A stretch of 64,000 bases of DNA from Nitrosopumilaceae archaeon (GTDB lineage Archaea > Thermoproteota > Nitrososphaeria > Nitrososphaerales > Nitrosopumilaceae): assembly GCA_965200155.1 (NCBI GenBank), contig CBDATR010000024.1, positions 256,001 through 320,000 on the forward strand. Direction: 5' to 3'. The stretch's first letter is position 1, and every line of letters begins with the position of its first letter. Below, piece by piece: positions 34,264 through 45,235 of the stretch. The notes under the pieces are model-generated. The model was not told where the DNA came from. It did no database searches and saw nothing but the letters and a program-made list of their open reading frames with translations. Both the position numbers and the translations under genes were made by a program.

Positions 34264-34585
34264 ACAGTCATTGAAATAGACACGGATTTATCTGTAGCTA
34301 AATGGCATGGCATGAGACCAAGGTAACAGATGATTATGAGTTCGGGATAGCATCCCACAAGGCGTCAATCACCTGTGCGAGTACACCAATGCCCCACGGG
34401 GATTATATGATTGGCACAATTTGTGCCAATAATTATGCCTAAATTTAGGGGCAAGTATCACCGCGATTAGCACAAATCATTCAAAATTGATATGAACTTA
34501 GATTGGATATACTTTCGCGCGACTTTAGAAAAAATCCAGCGAGGAAGAGTACTAATTTAATTACACGCACACATGTCAGCAAGGC

Positions 34586-35029
34586 ATGTGGAAGATGGAT
34601 CAGGATGAGACATACTTTCGGGTGTTTGATCCTCAGGGGTATATTGCAGGATACTTTGATCCACACTACGGCCAGGATGTAACCGAGGAACAAATAGAGA
34701 TTGCCCTGAAACAAAAATCCAGGATACCGGGTGGTTTTCTGGTGGTCCCAATGCTAAAATTTAATCTATTTGACAGGGATCTTGACATAGGCATAGATGT
34801 GTTGGAGGAGCGTATTGAAACCGTTGGTAAGTCACTGGCCCGTTGGTCCAACTACATGAAGGGAAAGCAGTATCCATTTCACTCAATTCGCATATCCCAC
34901 ACGGATCAAGATATGCTCACAATGACATTTCCCGTGAGATTCCGCAAGCCCATGCGACTGGACCGCAAGGAACTGGTTTCAGAGATATATCCCATCATGG
35001 AATCGCTTCAACGGCAGGGCCTGATCTAA
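34586..35029 (+). CDS. Hypothetical protein
   Basis: 147-aa ORF with plausible composition. Confidence 0.65.
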   Translation: MWKMDQDETYFRVFDPQGYIAGYFDPHYGQDVTEEQIEIALKQKSRIPGGFLVVPMLKFNLFDRDLDIGIDVLEERIETVGKSLARWSNYMKGKQYPFHSIRISHTDQDMLTMTFPVRFRKPMRLDRKELVSEIYPIMESLQRQGLI

Positions 35030-35750
35030 TCCGTTGCTGTTTTGTAGTCCACGATCTGGTAGTAATAACGTATCCCACAGATGAGACCAGTAATACTATG
35101 GAGGATTCCAGTGGAAACTCAGGCACGGCAGCATACTCATCAGATTCTGCCATCAAGGCATAATCGGAGATTACCGCAATTTGATCTTTCAGGTAATGAG
35201 TTACAAATGCCCCCTTATGCCCAGATCTAAGAAAATCCGGTTCCATCTGGACTCTGGAGATGTTTCCGTTCTGATCATAGATGGTGGCGACTATTGCTAA
35301 CATATTGGCTGCGATATCGCCCTTGTTGTATACTTCACCGGTGATGAATATATCCCCCTGGGCGCTTTTCTGTATCTGTGCAGACGTGACGTCTATAACC
35401 TGACTTTTTGGAATACCAACTTCATACTCTGCCTCTACAACATATTTAGCCACATCTTGTATTGCAGGATCAACCATTATCACATCAAACGGGCCCCTTA
35501 TACCAGGCATCAAGCTGTTGATCAGCGATGCACCGTCACCAGCGAGTACAACTTGTCCTTGATCATCATACATAGTTGCAAGAAGACGTATCTGTCCCAT
35601 GGCACGTCCAGGTCATTCTTCACCTCACCCACAATGTGCAGGGAACCATTCATTTCCCACATACATTCTATCGTTCTGCACGTATACCTCACCCCAAGCT
35701 ACGGGTGTAAAAATTATCATTGCAATCCCGAACGTCACTTGGGGTATCAC
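34995..35750 (-). pseudogene. FxLYD-like domain PEF-CTERM surface protein with compensating +1/-1 frameshifts near the 5' end
   Basis: Signal peptide from GTG at 35750; GSLHIVGEVKNDLDVP is only readable in a shifted frame; C-terminal VPEFP plus transmembrane segment. Confidence 0.7.
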
Positions 35751-36024
35751 GTAGACAGTAATGTAAGCGGCCTAAAGAATATTTGTCCACTACCAATGGA
35801 AACCATTCAGGTTTACCCCAGAAACAGTACCCACACCAGATGCTCATGTTAATGACATGAAATGGATGACTAGTTCGCGATAATCCTAGGCGCGCCACCG
35901 GGAACCAGCAATATCCCAGAATGATTGCCAGCAACTGTAGCTGCGCCTCACTGGAGTTTATTCAGATAGTCAGGAAATCTACAAAAGTTACGGATTTTGT
36001 GTGTGATCGTTGAATTTTGATCTA

Positions 36025-36114
36025 TAGCAGTCACCATAAGTCTCTGAGTAACAAATCCTACATTTGTCACACATAATCCTCAACTTGTATGTCACAGACT
36101 AATGGCGCTAGCCA
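36025..36114. mobile_element. 90-bp degenerate mini-element with the TnpB-element TIRs
   Basis: TA|tagcagtcaccataagtctctg ... cacagactaatggcgctagcca|TA. Confidence 0.6.
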
Positions 36115-36222
36115 TATCAGAAATGTCCATTGATCCTACTCCATGCGAACCGGCGATACTTTGCCTGTTTTTTACACTACAACCAAAAAGACTGATATGT
36201 TGGTTAGGAGCATAATGTAATC

Positions 36223-36612
36223 ATGGGTGCACCCCCATCTAGAGAGGAGTTGAAAGACCGACTTACGCCACAACAGTTTGACATATGTGTAAATGGTGCT
36301 ACCGAACCCCCATTTACAGGCAAGTACTATAACACCAAGGAGAAGGGCAAGTATCTATGCGTGTGTTGCAAAACCACACTATTTAGTTCGGATGCAAAAT
36401 TTGATTCCGGTACTGGCTGGCCTAGTTTTTGGATACCCAATGAAGGGAATGCCATAAGCCAACGTACTGATGACTCTTTCGGCATGCGCAGAACCGAGGT
36501 TATGTGCAAGAAGTGTGGATCACATCTAGGTCATGTCTTTGATGACGGACCACGTCCCACCGGTCTTCGTTATTGTACAAACTCAGCATCACTAGAGTTT
36601 GTCGGGGATTAA
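36223..36612 (+). CDS. msrB: Peptide-methionine (R)-S-oxide reductase
   Basis: [28 protein letters not shown] and RYCTNS. Confidence 0.96.
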   Translation: MGAPPSREELKDRLTPQQFDICVNGATEPPFTGKYYNTKEKGKYLCVCCKTTLFSSDAKFDSGTGWPSFWIPNEGNAISQRTDDSFGMRRTEVMCKKCGSHLGHVFDDGPRPTGLRYCTNSASLEFVGD

Positions 36613-37628
36613 AACCACTGATCCAGAGTTTGGCTCTGTTTTGTCACTGCCTTCTTCATTTGGTTAAGAGTCTGCGTAACTCGTATCTTGTCAAAGTCTC
36701 GTTCAACCAGATAGTCTATCAGTCCATCATAGTCGGTCTCCTCAAATTGTATAGTGGGCGACTTTTCTACCTCTGGCTCTAGGAATATCTTTCGTATATC
36801 TTGGTATGGAATGGTATCCAAGTCTTCCTGTATCTTTGGTATGTCCTCCAGTCGGGAATGTTTTTTAATCAGTTTTAGTGCAGTCTTGGGTCCTATACGA
36901 CTAAATCCACCGGGATTAAAATCAGTACCAATAAGAATTCCCATATCCACCAGCTGATGGTGCGTGACCTCCAAGGTTTTCAGCACCTCATCCAGATGTA
37001 TAATCTCCGGTTCCACCGCGATGTAAAAATTACGATTTTGTACTTTCCGACGCCCGCTAATGGTAAAATTACGTATAAGCCGGTGCGCCCCGAAGAGTAC
37101 AGAGTCATAGTCCTGGCTGGCAGAAGCCCAAGCATGTCCCGTAATTGTAAGATAAGATGCGGTTGCCTCACCCTCAGAAGGTGCCTGGATATAAGGCACG
37201 CCAAAAAGGTCTAGAACATCCTTGCACTGATCTATCATCTCATCTTTAAGACTTGTAGTTTGTTGTGCATATACACGAGCCTTATCTGCGTCACCATCGG
37301 CCATTGCCTGTTCGTATTTGATGGCGGCATCAGCCTTGGCCATCCTTCGTTTCTCCACCTCCACAGATTTTAGTGATGGCGGCTTTCCATCAAAAACCCA
37401 GACAGGCTTTATTCCCAGACTTAGAAATTTTGAGCACCTATACAGTATTCCGTTGAGATGGCTGGTTACCACACCACTGGAATCGGTAAGAGGCATTCCA
37501 TCAGAGCCGCGAATTGTAGTCAAAAATTGGTATATGGTATTGTATGCGTCTATGGTGATTACCTTAGAGTTCAATGAATCCAGTCTAATTTTGTCCCTCA
37601 CCACCAAATCTTTTAGATTCAGGCCCAT
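36609..37628 (-). CDS. fen1: Flap endonuclease 1
   Basis: DAYN..YQFL, VFDG, EGEA, SQDYD, GTDFN and C-terminal PIP box QTLDQWF. Confidence 0.96.
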   Translation of the reverse strand: MGLNLKDLVVRDKIRLDSLNSKVITIDAYNTIYQFLTTIRGSDGMPLTDSSGVVTSHLNGILYRCSKFLSLGIKPVWVFDGKPPSLKSVEVEKRRMAKADAAIKYEQAMADGDADKARVYAQQTTSLKDEMIDQCKDVLDLFGVPYIQAPSEGEATASYLTITGHAWASASQDYDSVLFGAHRLIRNFTISGRRKVQNRNFYIAVEPEIIHLDEVLKTLEVTHHQLVDMGILIGTDFNPGGFSRIGPKTALKLIKKHSRLEDIPKIQEDLDTIPYQDIRKIFLEPEVEKSPTIQFEETDYDGLIDYLVERDFDKIRVTQTLNQMKKAVTKQSQTLDQWF

Positions 37629-37695
37629 TACCCAAATGTACACTGGTAGACATATTTTGCGTTTTGCATATTAAGGGCGGGAGTCACCAAATTAC

Positions 37696-37781
37696 GCCAG
37701 GGTAGCCAAGTGGTTACGGCGGCGGTCTCGAAAACCGCTACGCGCAAGCGTGCAGGGGTTCAAATCCCTTTCCTGGCGCCA
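37696..37781 (+). tRNA. tRNA-Ser(CGA)
   Basis: Acceptor gccaggg/tcctggc, anticodon arm gcggt-ctCGAaa-accgc, long variable arm, gttcaaatc T-loop, encoded CCA. Confidence 0.95.
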
Positions 37782-37992
37782 CAATAATACATCAAATAGA
37801 TGCCACTATATAGTTCTGGACAATTTTTTCAAGTCTCTTATATACCTAAGATGATATAATATTAGTGAAAAGAAAATGCCATATGAAGAAGTATGCTATC
37901 AAAGGATGGCCAAAGAGAATCCCGAGGAGTACGAGTTTCTGCACTCCAAGAAGTAGTTTCTTTTCTGCTAATTCAAATGACGACGGCTGGGC

Positions 37993-38313
37993 CTAGTCTT
38001 TCCCGCTACGGGGATCGCCAGGACCCAGCATATCCTCGGGCCTGACCTCATTATCCCAGCGACCGCGATATCCTCGAATCAGCGCATAGACCCCGGATCC
38101 TAGCAATGCCAATACCAATGCAAAGAACGCAGTAGAATACTGGGTGGGGCACTCAATATTCCGGGGCGAGTTGTTATCAGTGTATTCCTCGCAGTTACCA
38201 AATTCTGTCTCTTGTAGGTTTATCTCCCTATATTGTGAGCCAAATATTCCCAACACCAAAAAGCCTGCAAATACCAATGCGACTCCGATCATCAGGAACC
38301 GAACATCACTCAT
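37993..38313 (-). CDS. Hypothetical membrane protein (two transmembrane segments)
   Basis: Two hydrophobic segments, 106 aa. Confidence 0.7.
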   Translation of the reverse strand: MSDVRFLMIGVALVFAGFLVLGIFGSQYREINLQETEFGNCEEYTDNNSPRNIECPTQYSTAFFALVLALLGSGVYALIRGYRGRWDNEVRPEDMLGPGDPRSGKD

Positions 38314-38612
38314 AATATGTATACGTCGTATACCAATATGAGTTTTAAGTTATTCTTTTGAAAAATATATCTCGTATGTATGTCAATACAATTTTTTTAT
38401 GGAATGACAAGATGCCAAGATTTACACAGGCCCGGTAATGCACTTTTCATTACGTACATAATTACACATTTCTAGTACAATATTTGCGTAATCAGACTTT
38501 TTGATTTTCCTGTGCAGACAGGACAAAGATTTAGTATGAATTCTCTTACATTTGTACACGGCAAATACGTAAATCCAGACATTTTTATCATAAAAAATAG
38601 ATCAGTGAAAAA

Positions 38613-38864
38613 TTAATAATGCCACCCTTCATCCAGATTATTCCACAGGTATCTAAGAGATGCTATATCAGTACCTATTTCCCCATTTATTCGGTTATTC
38701 AGCACAAAGTAAAAATTCTCTAGTGCGTCAAGACCACCCTCACTGTATATCTCTGCACCAATCTCAGCTATGCGGGTATGTTTGGATTCTATCTCCTTGG
38801 AGTTAGAATTTTGTAAGCAGAAAGTCATTAGATCTATCAGCTCCTCCTCAAGCATCATATCCAT
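38613..38864 (-). CDS. Hypothetical protein
   Basis: 83-aa acidic ORF. Confidence 0.65.
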   Translation of the reverse strand: MDMMLEEELIDLMTFCLQNSNSKEIESKHTRIAEIGAEIYSEGGLDALENFYFVLNNRINGEIGTDIASLRYLWNNLDEGWHY

Positions 38865-39132
38865 GATTGTTACTAGAAATTCATGTAATACAAGAGTTTG
38901 GGTTGTATGAGTTCACGTGTTTTGATCATATGATAAGATTGTAATTGACTTGGTACGACAATAGACCGTATGCGCAGAATCACTTCTCCCACCCTGCACG
39001 TCTAAACCAAGTTGTTAGATACGAACAATTGACCTAGTATCATGGGTTTTCCCACAGACTCGTGTGAAACAGAAAAGTTAAGACCTAATTTTGTAATACC
39101 AGGTATGCTAAAAGCAGAAGAACTCACCAGGG

Positions 39133-39224
39133 GTATGAGTTCACGTCTTCCGGAATCTTGTGCACAAATCACATTAACTGTCGCGATCAGTTGTGCGTAA
39201 ATTTAGACACAGGTGAACTCATAC
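39133..39224 (+). mobile_element. 92-bp MITE copy 6
   Basis: TSD caccaggg; empty site present in IS5 copy 2. Confidence 0.96.
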
Positions 39225-39350
39225 CACCAGGGAGCAGTTAGTCACAGAGTACTACCGGCTACGCACCAGGTCCGAGGCCGAAGTAACAAACCTGCGTGGA
39301 AAAAATGACCGTTTGTGTGGAAAAGTTGACAGTCTGCACGCCAAACTTGA

Positions 39351-39442
39351 GTATGAGTTCACCTGTGTCTAAATTTACGCATAACTGATCGCGACAGTTA
39401 ATGTGATTTGTGTATAAGATTCCGGAAGACGTGAACTCATAC
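39351..39442 (-). mobile_element. 92-bp MITE copy 7
   Basis: TSD aaacttga; empty site present in IS5 copy 2. Confidence 0.96.
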
Positions 39443-41265
39443 AAACTTGAAGCTCAAACAAAGAATTCCCTTGTTTCAAATCTTGATGACATCATAGAAC
39501 GCAAGGATCAGCTTCATTCCCTGACCGGATGCACTCCGGAAGAGTTCAAATGGATACTAACCAGATTCACAGAATACGTAGAGTCCCTGGAAGGCGATGA
39601 TGCACGGCGATTCTTAGAACTTACAAATGATCGCGGCCATGTGAACAAATTTCCGGTCAGGCATGTACTCTTAGTTACACTGATACGCCTGCGCTGCAAC
39701 ACAAAGCAGGAGCTTCTTGCTGCAATACTCAAGATAAACCAGTCAAACATATGCCGTTACATCCAGTTTACAAAGCAGGGACTGATCAAGATACTCCCAA
39801 CGGCCGATACCGTTGCAAAAGCAATATCGCAAATCAAGTCAGCATCGGACTTTAAGGAAATTGTTCCAGGCCGAGCCGGAGGGGAGATAAAGACTGACGG
39901 GACACATGTACGTGTACAACGTCCTGAAAAAAATCAGGAGGCAATGTACTCTGGTAAACAAAAAACCCACACGTATAACGTACAGATAACATCAAACAAG
40001 AAAAGACTGATAATTCACGTAAGTGGAGTATATGAGGGAAAAAGACACGATTATGGTATATTCAAGAATGATATTCCCCTCGGTGGCAAATGGGGCAAGT
40101 CCCTAAAAGAATCAACCACGCTGCCATCTGAGAAGATAACAGTAATAGCAGATGCAGGATACCAGGGTATGAAAGACTTCCTACCCGGCGCAAAGGTCAT
40201 GATTCCATACAGGGGTAGGGAATCACTCACTAAAACTGAAAGGAAATACAACCAATATGTATCAAAAAGGCGCATATTAATCGAGAATGTAATTCGAATG
40301 CTAAAGGTATATCGTAGATTAAGTCAGGTATATGATGGCAGTCGTGAGGAATTCCGGGAAGATCTACTCGTAGTATCCGGGTTGCATAATTTACACATTA
40401 TGCACAAGCATACCAGGTACAAGAAATTCTTGAAAAATATCTGTCCATAATTTCCGTGTTATTATAATTCGAATATTACTCATCAGAAAATCCACTAAAT
40501 TAATGGGTTTTGTGGTAACCATTTAGCTCACTCATGATATACGTCATCAAGATCCGGTCACCCCACTACACGACATTTGTAATCACGGCATACGTTAGTG
40601 CTGGCAGGTGCCATTCACATTGTTCATGCTTGACTGATTGTGTGCCATAAAATACACCCCAGTTTGAAGCAACATGGGCTATTCCTGTCAATCATGCGCA
40701 TAAGGTCTAATATTGCGCTTAAATACCAAGTTTGAAATAGAATCTAATGAGTAGGCGTACAACACATAATAAATAGGAGTAGGAAAACCGGCTGCTTCGG
40801 GACACCCTTGCGTCCACCAAGAGGAATCTTGCAGATGCGATGAAACGCGTGAAGGTATTGTAAGATGATATGTCAAATATTATAGAAGAACTGAGAAAAA
40901 TCATACAGGATTTTGGATATATTCGTCAATATGTGGCTAAATTAGAAGAAAAACACAGCAAAGCTGCGGTAGCCGCGGCCCGGCTCAAATATTATGAGAA
41001 TGTCAACTCCCCGCCATCACTCCAGTACAGGGCAGACAAGAGGAAGAGCGGAAAGCTAAGGAAGGGGAGCAGACAAGTACTGGATCCATAAGAAAGGCTG
41101 GCAGTCAGGCGAGACACAAGGGCGTCTCCCGTAAACGTAACCCCGATAGAATTACGCATCACATGAGGGCGATAACCTGGTATGCGACTGCAGTAAAATA
41201 ATGACAGTAATTGGTATAAAATCGCGATACGTGACGCATTTAATACCGGCCAGGACAGGATATTC

Positions 41266-41357
41266 GTATGAGTTCACGTCTTCCGGAATCTTATGCACAA
41301 ATCACATTAACTGTCGCGATCAGTTATGTGTAAATTTAGACACAGGTGAACTCACAC
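41266..41357 (+). mobile_element. 92-bp MITE copy 8, no TSD
   Basis: Flanks ggatattc / cgacagaa differ; joins the IS66 remnant to a TnpB remnant. Confidence 0.92.
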
Positions 41358-41903
41358 CGACAGAAAGCGAATAATATCGCGAACGACTCCATGAATAGAG
41401 TAGTCCACGCGATCACCAAAGGTGTGGACAAGGTAGTCCTAGAGGATTTATCACCGAAAGCAATGACCAGTCATGGCGGGAACCGGAAAAGAACAATGGA
41501 CCGTTCCATGCGCGAGAACCGGGTAGGCGAGTTCCGCCGGAAAGTAGTACAAAAGTGCGAGGCACTGGGGATTGAATTGGCAGCAGTGCCAGCGAGATAC
41601 ACAAGGGGGCGGTTTACCCGCCCAACGAGCCAGACCTGCCACGTGTGTGGACACGTTGACGACAAATCACGATCAACTAGGGACACTTTCAATATGTAAC
41701 CAGGAATTTCACGCCGATATCAACGCGGCGTTTAGTAACCGGTTTCCCTGTATGGGGCGGCAGAGCGTGTCGTCCGGGGTGGGAACCGTTCCCCGCCCAA
41801 CCGGAGGCGTCAGGGCGGGAATAATGGTGACAATCCAAAGCCATGTACTGTCTAGGAACGAGGTTCCATGAAAATCATAGTCAAAGACTTATGGTGACTG
41901 CGA
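41358..41903 (+). pseudogene. tnpB: TnpB element copy 4, 3' half with right TIR
   Basis: VVLEDL, CHVCG and HADINAA; ends caaagacttatggtgactgcga|TA. Confidence 0.85.
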
Positions 41904-41949
41904 TAAATGCACGTTACGGCTAAACTCATAAGGTCTATTATACGGTCTT

Positions 41950-42927
41950 GTGTGCGCGACTATTGTGGAAAAAGTCCGGTTCGTTATACCCAAAGGAAGT
42001 CTGGAAGCGGCAACACTAAAGCTGATTGGGGAAGCCTGGACCCGTGTGGTTCGCAAGAATCGCAGCTATAACATATACCTGGACGACCAGGATATACGCG
42101 TGAAACTTATGCGGCCACAGGAGATACCAACACTGGTGGCCGAGGGCCTATATGATGTGGGCATAACCGGCCTGGACTGGATACTGGAGACATCCTCGAA
42201 TGCGGAAATAGTTACAGACCTGGAATACGGCAAGATACGCCTTGTGACTGCCTTCTCTGACTCTCTGTCACATGCATCATTAAATGACATGATAGCCCAA
42301 TATGCCAAGGAGAACCGTGTTCTCCGAATATCCTCTGAGTACATGACACACGCCTCAAAGTTCGTCACCGAGTGTAGTTCGTATAAGGATAGGTTCGGCG
42401 ATGCCGAGCCACTTATCGTGACACCCTGGCTGCGCCGGGGCACTAATGACATGGTTCAGATACACCTGTCCTTTGGTGCCACCGAGGCCAAGCCGCCGGA
42501 CGATGTGGATGCCATAATAGATGTAACCGAGACCGGTACCACGCTAATACAAAACAAGCTGCAGATAGCCGATACGGTACTGGAGTCCTCTGCCCGGCTA
42601 ATTGCCAACCGCGATGCCCTGCAGGATCCGGAGAAGCGCGACAAAATACAGGATATAGCTTCTTTGCTACAGGGAGCCGTGCAGGCCCGCAAATACTTTC
42701 ACATATACTTTAACGTCCACGAGGAAAACCTGGATCGCGTAATTGAGTGCCTATCCTCGCTGAAGCGACCCACCATAAGTCCGCTGAGTGATCCACACTG
42801 GTTTGCGGTAAACACAATAATACGAAAGGATGAATATCACGTTCTGGTCCCGCAGCTCTCCCGTCTAGGGCAGGGACTGGTGGTACACGAACCACGCCAA
42901 ATACTGGCCATGGATGCCGCGCCATGA
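41950..42927 (+). CDS. hisG: ATP phosphoribosyltransferase (long form)
   Basis: PKGSL, RPQEIP, DVGITGLD, GATE and ETGTTL; start may be slightly downstream. Confidence 0.93.
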   Translation: MCATIVEKVRFVIPKGSLEAATLKLIGEAWTRVVRKNRSYNIYLDDQDIRVKLMRPQEIPTLVAEGLYDVGITGLDWILETSSNAEIVTDLEYGKIRLVTAFSDSLSHASLNDMIAQYAKENRVLRISSEYMTHASKFVTECSSYKDRFGDAEPLIVTPWLRRGTNDMVQIHLSFGATEAKPPDDVDAIIDVTETGTTLIQNKLQIADTVLESSARLIANRDALQDPEKRDKIQDIASLLQGAVQARKYFHIYFNVHEENLDRVIECLSSLKRPTISPLSDPHWFAVNTIIRKDEYHVLVPQLSRLGQGLVVHEPRQILAMDAAP

Positions 42928-44177
42928 TTCGCGTATTATGCGCGGACGACTCACAGATATTCCGGCACCTAAATTCTGCAAAATCCGGCAACCATAACAT
43001 GATACAATCAATCATTGATGCCGTACGGGAAAGGGGTGATGACGCCCTGACAGAATTTGATACAAAATTTGGCGGGGCGGCTAGCTCACTGCGCTTGGAA
43101 CAGAACGACATAAGACAGGCATACAATGAAGTCAGTCCAGGCTTGCTGGAGGCTATTCGCAGCATGAGCCATAACCTGGAACGCGCAGAGCGCGCCCTCC
43201 TTGAGACTGTAAACTCTATTCCTGACATGAATGGCATAACCCGTACATTTACGCCCATTCCCAGTGTGGGCTGTTACGTGCCCGGCGGCAAGGCCCGTTA
43301 TCCCAGCTCCGCGGTAATGTCCGTGATACCCGCGTCTGTAGCTGGCGTGGATCGTATAGTAGTTGTCTCCCCTCCTGTTCGTGGCGGCATGGATGCGGCC
43401 ACAGTAGTCGCTGCGGATCACTGCGGCGCCCATGAAATATACTGTACCGGCGGGGCGCAGGCGGTGGCCGCCCTGGCATACGGCACTGAATCCATCAGGA
43501 ATGTTGATCGCATAGTGGGCCCCGGCAGTGCGGTGGTGACCGCTGCAAAGCGGATAGTATCCGCGGATGTTTCAATTGATATGACAGCGGGTCCCACGGA
43601 GCTGGGAATATTGGCCGATAAGGACGCGGACGCTGGCCTGATAGCATTGGATTTAATCTCACAGGCCGAGCATAGCCCGGACACGGTATGTTTTCTGATA
43701 ACTGACTCGAATGCCCTGGCGCGGAATGTATCTGCAACCATAGAGGCGCGCATGGGAGGCATTGAGCGCCCTGATATAGTGCGTACCAGCCTCTATGAGA
43801 ACGGCTTTATCGTTCTATGTGATAGTAAGAATCAGGCGCTTGATGTGGCACAACGACTGGCTCCTGAGCATTTGCAGGTTATGACCCGTGATCCCCGTAC
43901 AGATGCAGCCATGATTCGTACCGCTGGCCTGGTATTGGTGGGTCATAATACCCCGTCGGCCGCCAGCGACTACATGCTGGGCTCAAATCACATTCTGCCC
44001 ACCGAGGGCAGAGGTCGCCTGCGAGGTCAGCTCTCGGTACTGGACTTTGTACGCATGAATACTCGTGTGGAGGTGAATAATCAACAAATGCAGGATATAC
44101 TGCCACACATGATGTACATGACCGATGCCGAGGGGCTGCCCAACCACTTTGAGGCGGTACGGGGGCGTGTACGATAA
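42924..44177 (+). CDS. hisD: Histidinol dehydrogenase
   Basis: YVPGG, GGAQAVAALAYG, AGPTE, QAEH, APEHL and GSNHILPT. Confidence 0.96.
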   Translation: MIRVLCADDSQIFRHLNSAKSGNHNMIQSIIDAVRERGDDALTEFDTKFGGAASSLRLEQNDIRQAYNEVSPGLLEAIRSMSHNLERAERALLETVNSIPDMNGITRTFTPIPSVGCYVPGGKARYPSSAVMSVIPASVAGVDRIVVVSPPVRGGMDAATVVAADHCGAHEIYCTGGAQAVAALAYGTESIRNVDRIVGPGSAVVTAAKRIVSADVSIDMTAGPTELGILADKDADAGLIALDLISQAEHSPDTVCFLITDSNALARNVSATIEARMGGIERPDIVRTSLYENGFIVLCDSKNQALDVAQRLAPEHLQVMTRDPRTDAAMIRTAGLVLVGHNTPSAASDYMLGSNHILPTEGRGRLRGQLSVLDFVRMNTRVEVNNQQMQDILPHMMYMTDAEGLPNHFEAVRGRVR

Positions 44178-45235
44178 TGGACTGGAATTCACGACTGGAG
44201 TGGCTTCGCAACATACCTTCATACAAGAAACCAGATATCTTGTCCGGCCTCCGTCTTGATTCCAACGAGAATCTTGCCATAGATGGACAAGATCAGTCCA
44301 AACTACTCCAAAGAGCCTGCCAGCGTACGGATGTGCGCATGTATCCACTGGATGGTACAGAGAGATTGATTGGTGCCCTGTCCGTATATCTTGGAGTACC
44401 AACAAACATGATATCTATGGGGGACGGCTCTGACCAAATCCTGGATATGCTACTATCAAACATGGCTGGTCATGATGCCCGCATTCTGACCACCGACCCC
44501 ACATTCACTCTCATTGTGAACCGTTGCAACCTGTATGGAATATCACTGACACAGGTACCATACACTGATTCAATGACACTGGACACCGAGGCCATACTGG
44601 CCCAATCCGGGGAATCCGACATACTGTACCTTGACTCGCCCAACAACCCTACCGGTTACCAGATGCCTATCAACCACCTACGGCGTATTGTGGAATCTTT
44701 TGAGGGGCCCATAATACTGGACGAGGCATATGCGGACTTTGCGCCCTATTCTGCATACTCCATGGTTGACTCCGCCCCTAACCTGGTGGTTGTCCGTACA
44801 CTCTCCAAGTCCTTTGGACTGGCTGGCCTGCGAGTGGGATACATGATCGCAAATCCTGACATTACTGAGCCCTTCTCCCGCGCCGTGCAGTATCCGTATC
44901 CCATTTCGTCTGTATCTATAGAGTCTGCAATATTGGCGCTGGAGAATCCCCGGGTTGCGGAAGACTCCTGGGATACAGTGCGCCGTGAACGACAGAGAAT
45001 TATACGCGCATTACGGGAGCATGACGTGTTTACAGTATTCGAGTCTGCTGCCAACTTTGTACTATTTGACGCAGGCGGTGCATATCGCCGTATACACAAG
45101 GCCCTGTGGGAGCAGGGTATATCGGTGCGCATGCTGGGCTCGGTGGGCAGTGCTACCGGGTGTCTGCGGGTAACGGTGGGTTCCCGGGACGTCAACTCCC
45201 GTTTTCTGACAGCGGTACGGGATCTGCTAAAGTAA
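44177..45235 (+). CDS. hisC: Histidinol-phosphate aminotransferase
   Basis: SNEN, SPNNPTG, DEAY and RTLSKSFGLAGLRVGY. Confidence 0.95.
   Translation: MDWNSRLEWLRNIPSYKKPDILSGLRLDSNENLAIDGQDQSKLLQRACQRTDVRMYPLDGTERLIGALSVYLGVPTNMISMGDGSDQILDMLLSNMAGHDARILTTDPTFTLIVNRCNLYGISLTQVPYTDSMTLDTEAILAQSGESDILYLDSPNNPTGYQMPINHLRRIVESFEGPIILDEAYADFAPYSAYSMVDSAPNLVVVRTLSKSFGLAGLRVGYMIANPDITEPFSRAVQYPYPISSVSIESAILALENPRVAEDSWDTVRRERQRIIRALREHDVFTVFESAANFVLFDAGGAYRRIHKALWEQGISVRMLGSVGSATGCLRVTVGSRDVNSRFLTAVRDLLK

Larger units (their letters stand above)
38963..40708 (+). mobile_element. IS5-family (DDE_Tnp_4, ISL2/Harbinger-like) element copy 1, transposase disrupted by two MITEs
   Basis: TIR agaccgtatgcgca/tgcgcataaggtct; TSD aat; TDGT, ADAGYQG and RILIENVI; 1546 bp after removing the MITEs. 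Confidence 0.92.
38905..41265 (+). mobile_element. IS66-family remnant (left end plus 5' transposase pseudogene), interrupted by an IS5 and truncated at a MITE
   Basis: Starts with gtatgagttcacgt, identical to the MITE end; 40870-41265 encodes YENVNSPPS...RKAGSQARHKGVSRK, an IS66 TnpC N-terminal motif. Confidence 0.7.

Noticed and set aside
37696-37781. tRNA-Ser as an integration site for an island or provirus
   Set aside because: No integrase and no duplicated tRNA 3' end seen in the window.
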